DNA from: Eledone cirrhosa
Taxonomy: Eukaryota
Reading direction: 5' to 3'
NCBI GenBank assembly: GCA_964016885.1
Contig: OZ024740.1
Span: 100,006,001 to 100,070,000, forward strand
DNA length: 64,000 nt
Each line of letters starts with the position of its first letter. Position 1 is the first letter of the stretch. A program made the position numbers and the translations under genes. The notes under the pieces are model-generated. The model did no database searches. It saw only the letters and a list, made by a program, of their open reading frames with translations, and was not told the origin of the DNA. Positions 1 through 13,579 of this stretch are shown piece by piece.

Positions 1-340
1 AAAAGCTGTCTTTCTCTTCTTTACCTTGGCCTGACTGGGGAGCATAGGCAGAGATGATTGTCAGTAGTCTCTTGCTTACAACTAAGCTAAGCTTAATTAT
101 TCTATTACTAACTACCTCTATTGTGTTATTGATCCATGTCTCAGCCAGTAATATGCCCACCCCACCTAACACATCATCATTACCCACCGAGAAAAGCTTA
201 TAACTACGATGTTTACCTGAGATTAGTCTTGCAGAGGCACCTCTCCATCTCACCTCTTACACACAGCACACATCCGCATGCCTTCTCCGTAAGCCGCAAT
301 GTAGGCAACTCATCTAGGAGAGATACCATTCTGAATAAAT
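1..340 (-). mobile_element. RTE LINE fragment, N-terminal APE endonuclease region (degenerate; runs off the window)
   Basis: Aligns by eye to ~46805-47165 of the RTE in this window (e.g. gcagaggcacctctccatctcacctc = VRWRGASA on minus). Confidence 0.85.
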
Positions 341-346
341 TAGTGC

Positions 347-657
347 GGGGTAGAGAAGTCCCCTAAGTCCAGAAAAACAACTTCCCTAGTGCTGGTGACA
401 CGAATAAAAACACCCAGTCCATGCTGTAAAATGGAGGGGTGGGTAGGGCCCCTGAGTCCAGTGAGACGTCCTATCTAGTGCTGGTGGCACGAATAAAAGC
501 ACCTAGTCCATGCTGTAAAATGGAGGGGTAAAGAGGGTCCCTGAGTCCAGTAAGACAACCTTTCTATTGCTGGTGGCACGAATAAAAGCACCCAGTCCAT
601 GCTGTAAAGTGGTGCTTGTGTTAGGAAGGGCATCCAACCAGTATAATAAATGCCAAA
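347..657 (+). repeat. Three tandem 89-bp monomers of the RTE 5'UTR plus the terminal tgttaggaagggcatcc motif
   Basis: Units start at 347, 436 and 525; they match the reverse complement of 47220-47370 (RTE 5'UTR). Confidence 0.85.
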
Positions 658-727
658 ATTATGAGCACAACAAATAAGAATAAGAATATATATATATATA
701 ATTACATAATAAACATCATAATATAAT

Positions 728-801
728 TATTTAATTACCAAAGGTTTCGGGAAACTAGACAATCTAAACAGAAACGTCCAGTACGTTCATCAGATGAAAT
801 A
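728..801 (-). ncRNA. Type I hammerhead ribozyme-like motif (left arm of fold-back element 1)
   Basis: Minus strand reads tatttcat-CTGATGA-acgtactggacg...tgtctagtttccc-GAAA-cctttg-GTA-attaaata. Stems I (1 mismatch), II and III (ACC/GGT) can form. Confidence 0.65.
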
Positions 802-941
802 TTTATGTTATGAATATAAGATTTGAAATTAAAATCTATCAAATATGAAAGTGAGCCTAATTAAAATAACGGAAAAGATACATGTACACACAAATTCAGA
901 TATACATAGATGCATATATACATGTGTGCATCCATATGTAC

Positions 942-1008
<67 letters not shown>

Positions 1009-2181
1009 CTAGCTGGCCCGTTCGGCTAGGTATACAAACATTTTATCTTTTCAGGAATCCCCCCTACACTCTAGTGCAAATATACCACATGCTCTCTCAA
1101 GTCAGCGAGATGGGAGGGTTAAAGTGCTCTGATGTTTGGTTTGAATAGTTTTTTAGGATTCCCCAGTTCAGCAGCCAGTACATTAAAGAAAATTGATAGT
1201 TACAACAATAAAGGCTGAACAGAGAACATATTTTTTAAGAAACATTAATTTGTACAACCATTATGGAAATTTCAAGTTACAGAAAATATTTAAATTACAT
1301 TGTTAGAGCCTCAGAGTATACAATATTTTTTGTTCGGCCCTCCGGAACAAAGATGAAGAGATTGTTTGGCGAGCTCACCCTAGAGCATCCTACATACAAT
1401 TGACCATGGGAGAATCACTGATCTCGTAGCTCGTCTCGCGTAGAAGCTCTCTAGATGTTGACCTCTGGACACTCCTGTCAGGAGCAGGTAAGCTGTAGTG
1501 ACTTAGAGGCCTACCACCAATCTCCAGGACACTGTTTTCAAGACAAATGAGCGCCTCATTGAAAACAACATCGTACGTTACGTTCAGATTGTGTCTGCGT
1601 GTGCGGTGGAGGATGTCCTCCGCTAGACTTTCGCGGTGGTTGTTCCACATTGCAAGAGGATCGGTGAGATCGCAGTTGTGCAGCATAATAGCAAAAAGTT
1701 TTCGCAGTGAGAAGGGACTTTAGCAGTTGCTGCTTCTTGCAAAAGTATCTGCAAAATTAATGCAAACATATCTGTACACGAATATATACATTAAAGTTTA
1801 AGCAAAGAATCGCTGCTTTCACGCTGAAACTTAAAAAATCAATCTGTGAACGCAGAAGTAAATATTTCGAAAATCGCTATCTAATGCAGACAGCCAGACA
1901 GACAGCCAGACATACAGACTAAGAGAAAGAGGGGAATGTTGTGCGACGTTATAAGAAAAAGTGAGGAATTACGTGAAAGTGGAAGTGTTGACATTTGAAA
2001 TTTTAAAGAAGTGAATATTTAAATAAAGTATTTAATCTTTTAACAAAATTCAGTAAACAAAAATACCATCACTTTTTTACTTGGAAAAGTTAGATCTATG
2101 GTGCAAATTTGGTGATGTTTGGTTCAGTCGTTTGGCGGAAAGTTTGTTACCCTCATACGGCCGTCAGCTTTATAGTATTGA
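1009..2181 (-). mobile_element. Internally deleted Helitron inserted in a TA/CA microsatellite
   Basis: 5' A|TC at 2181 and 3' CTAG|T at 1009-1012 (minus). The ORF at 1390-1686 resembles the RepHel linker (DPLAMWNNHRESLAEDIL) and is fused to a PIF1 helicase C-terminus (FSHGQLYVGCSRV...TKNIVYSEAL, ~1297-1415). Confidence 0.85.
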
Positions 2182-2325
2182 TATATATATATTATGTTTA
2201 TGTATATATGCATATATGTATATCTGAATCTGTGTGTACATATATTTTTTTCGTTATTTTAATTCAGTCTCACTTTCATTTTTAATAGATTTTAATTTCA
2301 AATTTCAAATAATTCATAAAATATA

Positions 2326-2399
2326 TATTTCATCTGATGAGAGTACTGGACGTTTCCATTAAGATCATTTAGTTTCCTGAAACCTTTGGTAATGGAATA
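2326..2399 (+). ncRNA. Type I hammerhead ribozyme-like motif (right arm of fold-back element 1)
   Basis: tatttcat-CTGATGA(2334-2340)-stem II-GAAA(2379-2382)-cctttg-GTA(2389-2391)-atggaata. Stem I pairs fully with one G.U; stem II is imperfect. Confidence 0.7.
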
Positions 2400-2453
2400 A
2401 TTATATTGTCTGAATAATTATAAGTCCAAGGCATTTGTTGACAGTGAGAGCAA

Positions 2454-2484
<31 letters not shown>

Positions 2485-2499
2485 TCCCTTCTAGTGTCA

Positions 2500-2735
2500 G
2501 TGTCATCCAGTATCAGGCTCTGTAAGATGGGTTCAGCGCAGCCAACTGGCATGTCCCTCCTCATAAAGGTGCCATCCAGGGTCACTCCGTAAATGTGGTT
2601 GGTGTTAGGATGGGCATCCAGCTGTAAAATCCCTGGCCAAATTTACAGTCGTCGTCGGACATGTCTCCCAATGTGGATGACCCGTCTAACCCATACAAGC
2701 ATGGAAAAATGGACGCTAAATGGTGATGATGATGA
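2500..2735 (+). mobile_element. RTE-related SINE / bipartite non-autonomous element fragment
   Basis: ggttggtgttaggatgggcatccagctgtaaaa motif, RTE-like 3' end (catggaaaaatggacgctaaa) and (GAT)n tail. Confidence 0.65.
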
Positions 2736-3007
2736 TATATATAATTATATATATAAAGCATCAATGTGTATTTATATGACATAAATAAGTGTGGATGTGA
2801 TTATACATATTTTTATTTCATGTGTATATATTTTTAATGTATGGATAAACATGTGTGTCTATGTGTATCTGCATGAACATGATAATATAATACACAAGTA
2901 ATTCTAATTATATCTGCCTCTTTCTATATATATAATTATATATGTGCGTGTGCGTTGGTGTGTATGAATGTGCTTATGTATGTATATATGACATATGCTT
3001 CACTATG

Positions 3008-3051
<44 letters not shown>

Positions 3052-5784
3052 TATAATCTATGACCTATTGCATGGGAACTTGTGGACATCTGTGTCTGTA
3101 TGTACATTCTTCCACATGCATTTTTAGATTTAATTCTATGTACAAATATATATATACATGAATACAAATGTATATGTTGACGCACCCAGCCCAGCCACTC
3201 AGAGTCACATACAAACACATGCACACATATATATAACTGCAGTACTTATTGAAAGATTTGTAATATCTAGACATTTTATTGAATCTATTACAAAGATAGA
3301 AACTCTTTTACTGAATAATAAGAATTATTCACATAATGGATGATAGCAGAAATATAAAAGACAACCAGGTGAAATATTTATATTGTTTGTGTTTCATTTG
3401 TCTTTGAGGATATGATATCAATTGAATATCTTCAGGAACATGATCCTTAAGCATTGGGAATAATTTTCGAGGAATTTGTCAAAGGATGACTTGTGCTAGC
3501 ATATGGCATATGTAAAGACAAAAACCTTTTATAGTAAGACCTTTTGAGGAAATTACCCAGACCAAGTACATTACATTGGAGCCAGCAATCAATTTAATTC
3601 ATAAAGCTCATTTGATCAGAAGGAGAGGTCATAGTTGAAAATGAATGTGTGATATTTGATATAATATTTCTTCCTCGTTGGTTTCCATTGAAATGTTATA
3701 ATATTCTCTAATTAATGTACTTGAATGACACAAAGATTCATAGCAATGTTTCCAAACAGTTTGAAGTTAAATTAAGACTAAACTTCAATAATGGTTTTCT
3801 AAGAAAAGGTGCCCAATCAATTATTAGTCTTGTATATGTAATTCATTTAAACTGTGTATCTGCATTTGATAAATCTGTAAGACGTGTGAGATTTCTGAAG
3901 CCATACTGGTTGACTTAACACTGAAGATTAGTTTATTTATTTTCAGTCTTTGAATGTTAATGAATTCTATTAAATTTTAGAGGATGCTTTTATACTAAGG
4001 ATATCCATCATAGCCATATGTACAGTAACAGAATGATTAAGATGCTAGACAAGTAACCTAGAGGAGATAGGATAAATCCTTGCTCAGGTGCACTGTACCA
4101 AATACTTATTTATGTCTTCACTTTGATCTATAATACACTGACTCAGCTTTGAATAAATGTTATTCCACTCTTCTTATCGAACATATTGAGTCGTATTCCA
4201 CTGTATTTGCAGTTTATAGCAGTGTGAACCTATCATTATTATCATTTTACATTCATTTTGTTGGAGTGACTGTCCACTTAGATGGTCCAGGATCAACATC
4301 TAACTTACATACTAGTTGTGGCATGGATGCTATAAATTGATGCTCTTCCTAATGCCAACAGTTTTACTGGGAGCATTTTAGCTTCACACCAGCACTAACG
4401 AGGCTGTTATCATGATGGATACCTAACTGTAGAATTCAGTCTCAAATTCTTTTGCCCAAGCCATGCTAGCATGGAAAATGGACTAATCATGAATACTGAT
4501 AATATGAAATATGGTTCAGTCACAATATATTCCTCTTCAAACCAAATTTATTAAACTAATATCATCTCATTCTGAAACTAAGTGTATAAAGGTAAAAAAG
4601 AAAGACAAAGAAATGAAAATGTGATGTGTTTTGGTATTTTATTGATTCTATCAAATTTGGACACTTAACAACCACCAATGAGAAAATTTAGTGTGACTGA
4701 TGTCTCACTGGTAATGTGTGAGACACATAAGTGTCCGAAAAATTGTGTGAGGAACTTGTTCAAGAATAACAACTTGTATAACTAATTCAACTGAGTCAAG
4801 CAACTCAGTTCAGTATTGTATCTTATATAGCAGACTCAACTTGGTTTAACAATATATACACCATATTAAACTCAGTACAGCAACTTGTATTATGAATTTA
4901 ACTGAGTCTGACAACTGATACAACCAAACCAAACCAGAGAAGTGGGTCAAATGTGATATGCCTGCAATTTTGAGAAAGAAGTGTCTACTCACTTCAAGTT
5001 CTAATTCTTTTCTGTTTCATGTAAGTACATCATGTACATTATATACATGTATATATTCATTAGCTATACATAAGCTTTAGCACTGATATCTAAAATACTT
5101 AATGAATGATTTGAAATGAGGCCTACATTTTACATCTGGCCTGAAACCATTACCAGCTTTATGTAGTGGTGGTACTCACATTTTTTCTCTAGCCTGAGCC
5201 TTTTACCAACTTTACATGTGTCCATTTAACAAATTTACAAAACACTATAATCAAACTTTGAAATGACACTCTTTTATCAATATTTGACTTTGCAAACAAC
5301 TCAGTTATTTTTATGAAACCTATCAAACTTGCTGTATTATTTGTTACAGCCATTGCACACTGAATAACTCTCCCACTGCCTCCAGTTCCTATATTTCTCT
5401 CTAGAGATAAGGGGAGAGATAAATAGATAGATAGATAGAGAGAGAGAGGTGACAGGAAACAATTGTTGAATGTGTAGATCTAACAATATATTTTGGTAAT
5501 GGTTTGATACAATCTAAACTAATATTTGAAGCAGATTAACAACTTCCCCAGAACAATTATTCCTTCTACCGGGGTAATCACCTAACAACTGATCTCATGT
5601 TTGAGGTTTAACTGAAAATAAAGTATTACTCTGTCTTAATTAATCAGCCTGAAGTCTAATGAGCAATGACTTCTCTCATAAATAACAACAGAGACTAACG
5701 AGAGATTTCATTGATTGATTGTCCTATTTTGGGGTTGGTTCAGGGCTATTCTAGATAATTATATTATTCCTACTCTAAACAGCA

Positions 5785-5975
5785 GTGGATTAACTGAATT
5801 GCTAGAGGATGAGAAAAGTGTTTTAATGTGTTTATTTTAGTTCTTTACATTCTGAGTTCAAATTCTGCCAATGTCAACTTTACCTTCCATCCTTCTGGAA
5901 CCAATAAAATAAAGTACAAGTCAAGTATTGGGTGGAAATAATCAACATCACACTCCTTGCAAAATTGCAAGTTCC
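5785..5975 (+). mobile_element. tRNA-derived SINE, Meta-domain-like family
   Basis: B-box-like gagttcaaattc followed by aacttttaccttccatccttctgg...ataaaataaagtac; same family as 13580-13990. Confidence 0.65.
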
Positions 5976-5999
5976 TCTCCCTCCTCCCCTCTTCTTCCC

Positions 6000-6345
6000 C
6001 TCCTCATCTTCCTCCGCCGTCTTCTTCTTCTTCTTCTTCTTCTTCCTCCTGAGAGGGTCATGGGGGCAGAGTCCCCAAACACTCCTTCCAGCAGGTTCTG
6101 TCAGAAGCAACCATGTCCACCTCCTGATTCAGCTGGATCCCCAAGTGAGACCAGCCAAGCTCATGGATGTTATCTAACCATCTTGCTCGGGGTCTACCCC
6201 TGAGTCTCCTGTTGGTTGGTTTTGCCTGTAAAATCTGTCCAGCTATTCTTTCCTGAGACATTCTAAACATATGCTCATAATATTGGAGCTGTGACATCTC
6301 AATTCAGAAAAGTAGCAGTTGTATCTGGAGTGACTCAGGCTTAGA
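6000..6345 (-). mobile_element. 3' fragment of a second RTE family with a (GAA)n tail
   Basis: SQLQYYEHMFRMSQERIAGQILQAKPTNRRLRGRPRARWLDNI is an RTE C-terminus. Related copies at 27105-27230 (-) and 38590-39225 (+). Confidence 0.8.
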
Positions 6346-6499
6346 ATTCTAAAAAAAAAAAATCAACCTGGTAACCAAACTTATTAATCAGAATAGGACA
6401 GGTTTTTACCATATCATTTAACTTGCAAAAAATAGCTCTCAAATCATCTTTATATCTCATTTTTACTGATCGTTGACTCTAATGGTGCTGGCAGTGCCT

Positions 6500-7330
6500 A
6501 TGGCATTTTAAAATCAGGCAGTGCCCATCAGAAAGTCCTTTCGGATGTCTTCATTGGGATTATAAATGAAGGAAATAGTTGAAATTTGAATGAATGTAAG
6601 TTTTTCAAACCTGTTTATGGATTTTACATGAATTAACTAAGCCACTTTCATTACCATATTTTTAATAAAAAATACTGCCTGCAGTTTTCAAATAATTTTC
6701 TAAGTAATCAAAAATTTGAAGAGTTTTTCTCATTATTAAGTTGGTGTTTGGAACATAATTCAACTAATGTTCTTACATAAACTTCTTAGATAAATATTAT
6801 CCCTTTAAGACTAATACATTTGTATCATAGAAATTTTAGACAGGTTGGCATCAAAAGTTTTCAAACACTACAAAAGAGTGAGTTACTAACCAATGGATTC
6901 TTTATTAGTTTCTGGGTTTCTGTTTTTGTTGATACATACAATAATTGTTTTACTTGTTTTAGTTCAGCAAGTGAAGTTGAAAGGCTTCATGGTGGATTTT
7001 TACATTATCAAATACTGCCAGATAACATAATTCCCCAGTGTTTATGATGAAACATTAGTTTCTTAAGGTGTAAATGATGTATATGTAGCACAAAGTATAA
7101 ATGATTGTGATGCAAAGTACCATAGAATTGTTGTTTTATGGAATTATTTACAATCGTTGTCACTGAATGATAACAGGAAAAAATTTAAGTATGTCTTGAG
7201 TCATAGAGTTTTCAGATGCATGTAATCCCACACTAATGCTACTGAAGGAATCTGAAAAAATATCTCATATATTATAAGGACTAAAACATTATGTTGAAAG
7301 AGCTACATTGTTTTGTCTGAAAGAGCTGCA
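6500..7330 (+). pseudogene. Probable hAT-like transposase fossil interrupted by a MITE (~6636-6870)
   Basis: Broken frames give GFLHYQILPDNIIP, VLWNYL and a VIPH-NA-E-like motif resembling the hAT C-terminal region. The MITE matches 61648-61920. Confidence 0.4.
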
Positions 7331-7549
7331 TACATATCACAATATCCACAATAGCTTATACATCAAACTAGTTCTCATGTTTCAAGTGCATTTGTAATTT
7401 TAAGATTTAAAAATCTGTAATAAATGTAATATATAAACTTACAGTAGCTACTTAAAAGTACTACAAACTACAAAAAGTATTTTAATTCATGACAATCTTT
7501 TTCTAGCATTTCTCCAACATATATGTAAGGTTTTACAGCATTTTCTATT

Positions 7550-8030
7550 ATTTCAAATTCTGTGTCATGATGAATCTCCCTGAGAACTACATTATGTGTA
7601 CATGTGTCTGAAGAATGCTCAGCAACCCACTTCTATGTTAATTTCATGAGCAGGTTGTTCCATGGATCATATCAGTAACCAACAGAGTGCTCTTACTACC
7701 ATCCTGTGTGGATGTAGCAGGACCAAAAAGTTTTTTCTCAAACATAAGATCCCAGGTTCAATCCCTGTACATAACATTTTAGGCAAGCGTCAATTTACCA
7801 TATCCTCAGGTCAACCCAAGTCTTGTGAGTAAAACTGGGTAGATGGAGACTCTTTGGAAGTGTATTGAAGAATTGAACCTGTAATTCAAAAGGACAAATT
7901 TGTCACACACTATGTCACAATGAATTTCCCTGAGAAGCATTTTAAGTTTACACTTGTCTGTGGAATGCTCAGACACGTGGATGCTTATTTCCTGCTGTAC
8001 CATTGATTAAACAAATTAATTATCTCTAGA
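7550..8030 (+). mobile_element. Degenerate SINEs of another octopus-type family
   Basis: The body tgaatctccctgagaactacatt...ctcagc...ttaatttcatgagcaggttgttcc recurs at ~7920, ~33735 and ~55530; B-box ggttcaatccc at ~7755. Confidence 0.55.
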
Positions 8031-10898
8031 AAATATAATCATATAACTCCACACCAAAACTGGCAAACGTCACTATTTTTCTGGATTTATAACTTTTATA
8101 GCAGATGTTTCTCTCTAAAAATGTTGCTATTCAGTCATTCATTAAAGCAGATTTTTTGACAAGAAAGGGTCATTGAAATATTGATATGAATCAGGAATTA
8201 TATGATTATATTTTCTAGAAATAATACATCATAAAATTACCATTAAGTTATATAATATTTTATTTGATTCTTAAACAATGAATGCGTTCAGTTTATCAAA
8301 ATAATCCTATTGTTTCAAAAGCAGTAATTTGCAAGGTTTGTTTGACGTATTCAAGTCTGAAATGCTGTTAGCTATTTTAATGAAGTCTTTGATGAAAGTT
8401 TAGAGACACCAAAATTCTTTCACCTTGTACTTTATTGAATGTTATGCTTAGCTAGATATCGAAGGAATCTGTTATATTGAAATGATTGTTTGGAGTCAGT
8501 CACTAGACTTAATGATTGCTGCTAATAATATCCTGATTACTGGAAACTCTTCAGAATCAATGCCTGCAGCTGAGACTAAGATAAAATATAATTAAGAAAT
8601 AAATGTAATGGAAAGAAACTGCTGAGTATGCATATTTCCATGGGGCTTAGTAAAATAAGCATTAATAGATTGAGATTGACAATACAAATTATCATAACAT
8701 CCCCCATGCTACTCCTGTATTGTATTTACACCATCAGGTTCTTTGATAATTGTACATTCCTCTACTTTCCATAATCATCACTATCAATGCTAACACACCA
8801 ATTACCATCATAACAATTATCATCATTACCATTGCTATCACCACCGCACCTCTACCAAGATGATAAAGATCATCATCAACATCATAATTACTATCAGTCC
8901 AAACGCATCTTCTATGATGACGGTGAAGCCATCACCATCAACATTGCTACCATTTCCAACAATAACACCACCAGAATTATGATTATCATCATCATCGTGA
9001 ACTCTGCCACAACTACATCATCATCTTGAATATTATCATATTTATACAATTGAACATTTGTTTTGTTTCTTTCTTTATTTTGTTATACTTTTTTAGAATG
9101 AAAGCAATTTAGCTGAAAATAAGAAACAGTAAAGTACAAATTTTCTATTCATATTTTGTTACTATTCCATTCCTGCTTTCTATTGAGGTTGATGGAAAAT
9201 ATTATGACACACGAATATATGCACTCATAAACATAGTGAGAAGCATAGATTAGAATGAGTGTACACATGCACACATATATCTGAAGAAATACAAAGTCTA
9301 TTTCATTGCAGTACATGGAATATTGAACAGAACCAATAAGGCAAACACAGAAGCCAGATAATTTTATAGTCAACAAAAATGAGATAAACCACTGGCTTTA
9401 AAGACTTATCCTTCCTTGGTGAACACTGCACCATTCAGTATACACTACTGATCCTTAGTTTCAGGATATGAGCTAGACAAACGTAGACACAAGACAACCT
9501 AGAGAAAGAAGGTATGGAAGATGAAAGGTTCCTCAAATAGATGTAACTTCATAGAAGTAATAAGGTGTGCTTATGAAAAGGAGATAAAGTTTTATGTTGT
9601 AAAGAACTACTCAGATTTTCTAAGAAACAACATGTTGTGTGCTTAAACAGCCACTCTCCAAAACATGGTTCTTTTGTAGTGTTCATGATGTAGTATCTGC
9701 TACTTGTCATTACACATAATGTAGTAGATTCTAGATGAGAGCTTGAACTCCTAGAAACTGCAGCCAAATATCCCTCATATCACACTCCAGCATCTTAAAT
9801 AAAAGAAATGATACATGCCTGAAAATAAGATGAGATTTTCACAGCTGGAATGTTATTTTAATATAGGTAAGCTCGATCATAGATGACTCATGGTAAAGCA
9901 ACAGCAAAAACAACAACATTAACAAAAATATGCAAATAAACAACTAAATGAACCATCAAAAATAGTGTATAAAACTCAAACAAAGTACGTTACAACAGAT
10001 TATCCCTTGAAATACAAATACAAAGCTTCAATTCACACTACTATGTAATTATTGATATAATCAATAATGCTGTATGAATTAAGACCTACAAACAGTGGTG
10101 GGAGAGAGAAAAGGAAGGAAAAAATTCCCTGTAGTTGTTGGACCATGACTTTTTGCCCTTGGTCTTGTAAAATGTAAAGGTGGACTGTAGAGGAGGTTTC
10201 CTTGAACTGTTAGGGGCAGGCCGGGTGAGAGGGTAGATTCAGATAAACTATTATCATGCAGAACAACTGTATGAATGTTCTGGGCATATAGCCACTTCCA
10301 CACTAGAGCATTTCTGCCAGGATAATATTTTCTTTGCCAAGTGGCTTGCCATTTAACATTGGCTTAATGGAAAATTTGACTTTTGCCTTAGTTGGGAAAA
10401 TCTGTCAACAATTTTAGAGAAAGAGAATATCTACTAAATATGAATATATATATAAGCATATATGTATAGTTTGTATGCATATAATATTTGTATAAGTCTG
10501 TATTCGTCTCATATTCACCTTGGAATTGAACAATATGTGTATGTGTGTGTGTGTATCATCATCATCACTACTATTATCATCCTTTAATAATTGTTAAATG
10601 GCATTTATTGGAGAGGTTGTCACAAAGTGAGAAATTAATCAGAATTACTAACCTCTCAGATAGGCTGGGCATGAACATCTTGCTTACATATTTTCCAGCA
10701 ATTTACAGAGTGTAATGTATGGGTTTCAACATGGCACCAGTACTTGGGAAGATGTAATGCCCTTGGAACAACTGAATAGATGGTGTAAATAGTTACTAAA
10801 GAATGCTGGAGTGGGGTTCAGATTATAAATGGGTCAGAGTGGGCCAGGTTATGTGAACACAGAGGTTGTGTTCAGTGGGTGAGGATAATGACAATGAT

Positions 10899-10933
<35 letters not shown>

Positions 10934-11095
10934 CACACAGTTATGTTTGGGGAGGCTCATATTGTTATAATATTGCCAGAAATATATAATATAACACACA
11001 CACACATGACAATACAATGGCAGAACATAATAGTATCATTATGATGTCACATGTGTGTGATGAAAAGACACTGAGAGATTATATATATATATATA

Positions 11096-11443
11096 TCATC
11101 ATCATTTTCATCATTTCATTTCACGTCCGCTTCTTCCCTGCTTGCAAGGGTGGGACGGGAACTGATTCTGGCTTGATTTCTACAGCTGGATGCCCTTCCT
11201 AACACCAACCTCATTTACAGTGAGTTCTAGGTGCTTTTTTGCCGTGGCACCTCCACAACCACTTTGCAGTGGAATGATATGGACCCCAATCTTATCATCC
11301 CATTTCTACAGCTGAGTAAACTAGAGCAATGTGAAATAAAGTGTCTTGCTCAAGGAAACAACACATCACCCAGTCTGAGAATTGAACTCACAACCTTTCG
11401 ATTGCAAGGCCAATGCTCTAACCACTAAGCCATATGCCTCCAT
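11096..11443 (-). mobile_element. Full-length tRNA-head, CORE-like SINE with RTE-derived middle and tail
   Basis: A-box (tggcttagtgg) and B-box (gagttcaattc), ccttgagcaagacactt core, RTE 5'UTR motif, and a tail nearly identical to RTE 44187-44224. Confidence 0.85.
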
Positions 11444-11599
11444 CATATATATATACATTTATATATATATTTCTAACTGTTGGTCAATTAATGATAAACA
11501 TTGATTGCCAGCTAAATTAACTATAGAGATGTAAAATTTACGGAAGTGAAAACCATCCCAAATCAAACAGAGAGTGTGTTTTATTATATATTATAACAA

Positions 11600-11870
11600 T
11601 ATGTAGTATGGATAAGAGATCTTTCCATGCTACCAGACTTAGGGCTTTATCTTTCATTTTCTTTTCAGTCCAAGATATTTTGAATATTCTCTGAATGAAC
11701 CGCATTTGAGCTGCATTTGGTTTCTTTGTCATTTCATTGTTTATAATCCAGCAGTCACAACCATATAGAAGGACAGACTATACGTATGCTTTCAAGACAT
11801 GGATTTTTGTGTATACACTGATGTGTCTGTTTGTTAATATGAATTTCAATATGTTAAAAGATATCAAGAA
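11600..11870 (-). mobile_element. Old RTE-type RT C-terminal fragment
   Basis: VLLYGCDCWII...AAQMRFIQRIFKISWTEKK motif. Confidence 0.65.
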
Positions 11871-13579
11871 GCCTTTTTCTTGTGAGTATCAGTGATGCTA
11901 ATTAAATTAGTAACATTTTGGACATTCTTTTCTCCAATGATATCCTGATTTATATTGGCATGCATATTTAAATAATATCCTCAGGAGAGGAGGTTAGTGG
12001 AGGATGTCAGTTTAGGACAGTGAATTCATACTATTGGGGATTTCAGAGATGTTGTACACACTCCTTGCTTCCAGAGCAGTTGTTAAATTTCAAAAGTATT
12101 TTGATGTCATATCAAATGGATATTTCAACACACGTTGCCTCCAAAAAATATTTATTATTTAGGATTAAAATAACTGATAATATAATTGGGCTTTGCTCCA
12201 CAGAGCTTGCTAGTTTCATGCCATTCATTTTGTATCCACCCTGTCCAAAAGGCTCCAAGCTAACCACTATAACCCTTACGTAATGACTAGAATATCAACT
12301 CCTTGAAATTACGCCCTTGCTTACGTCTTTCCAAAGTGTGGACATGTAACACTTTAAACAGCTCATCAATGTGATTGATATTTCTAGTTGTGGAGGTTCT
12401 GTGAAGACCATGGGTACTCCCTCTTTCCCCAGACCTACCAAGTTAAAAAAAAATCATATTTCTGTTGAAAGTTGAAGCTTATTGCAGACTTCTTACTAAA
12501 TCTAAGAATTAACTTAATACATTCTTTATATTAGGTATATCACATTCCTGCATGGTGTAAAATATAATTAAAATGGATGGTACAGGAATAGGCATCCAAC
12601 TGTGAAATATTGTCTCAAAAAAACCCCCACTATGAGAATGCAGAAATCATGGAGTCCGCAAAGCTAATTCCTATTTTAGGAGCGAAAATTTCCTTTAAAT
12701 AATTGGTTCATGTTGTTGATGTATTCTTTTTTTTTTTAATATTGATGTTGGAGCTACATAAGACAGTTGTACTGTAACATTATCATTTACTGAGAACAAT
12801 ATATATACACACTTGTTTTGTAAGCAGATTTTTAAAACCTACCAGAACAGAGTACATTATATCATAATTATCATGTACACACTGATATAATAGATATTAT
12901 GGATACATCTAAATAATTATATAATAAGAAGTGTGTGAATAGAAAGTCTCATATTGGAAATCTGCTGTGATGGAAATGCTATATCGTGGATTCGTGCTTG
13001 GGGATGACTGAGTGATCCAATATGTACAAACAAAATAACAATGGGCTTCATGTCATTATATGCCTCTAATATTCATACCACTGCTTGCTTTTGATCAAGA
13101 TGCAAGCCACATGCTTCCTCATATTATCTGTAAACAACACTATGTGCAAATTCATAGCTTCACAAATTAGAATCATAAAGATCAGAAATTATGAGTTAAA
13201 TAAAGCTACAAAAAGGATTCAAATTACTATTAATGTCCCTTGTAGAATAAAGCAGCCCCTTTACTGCCATGCCCTAGACCCAGAACCTAATCACACTCCC
13301 CCTTCCTGTCCCCATTCTTCTGTGACACTAAAGTCCTTCCCATTCCCTCCCCTTTTCCTGTTGTTTTTTTTATCTTTATATTTTTCTATTTTACATTCCA
13401 TTCTTTCTTCTCAATAAAAATAGTTTCTTCTTACTTTTTCTACAAAAACTATTAGCCTCATATGTGTTGACAATACAGAAAATGACTGTAATAACAGTCC
13501 ACTATAAAATAAAGAAAAAAAACTAATATAAATTATATGACAATATTAGTATTATAGCCAGATGCATCACCATTATTAT

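Noticed and set aside
11231-11428. Recurrent small ORF (…LEQCEIKCLAQGNNTSP…), also at 17237, 18220, 24518 and 43343
   Set aside because: Antisense translation of SINE copies, not a gene family.
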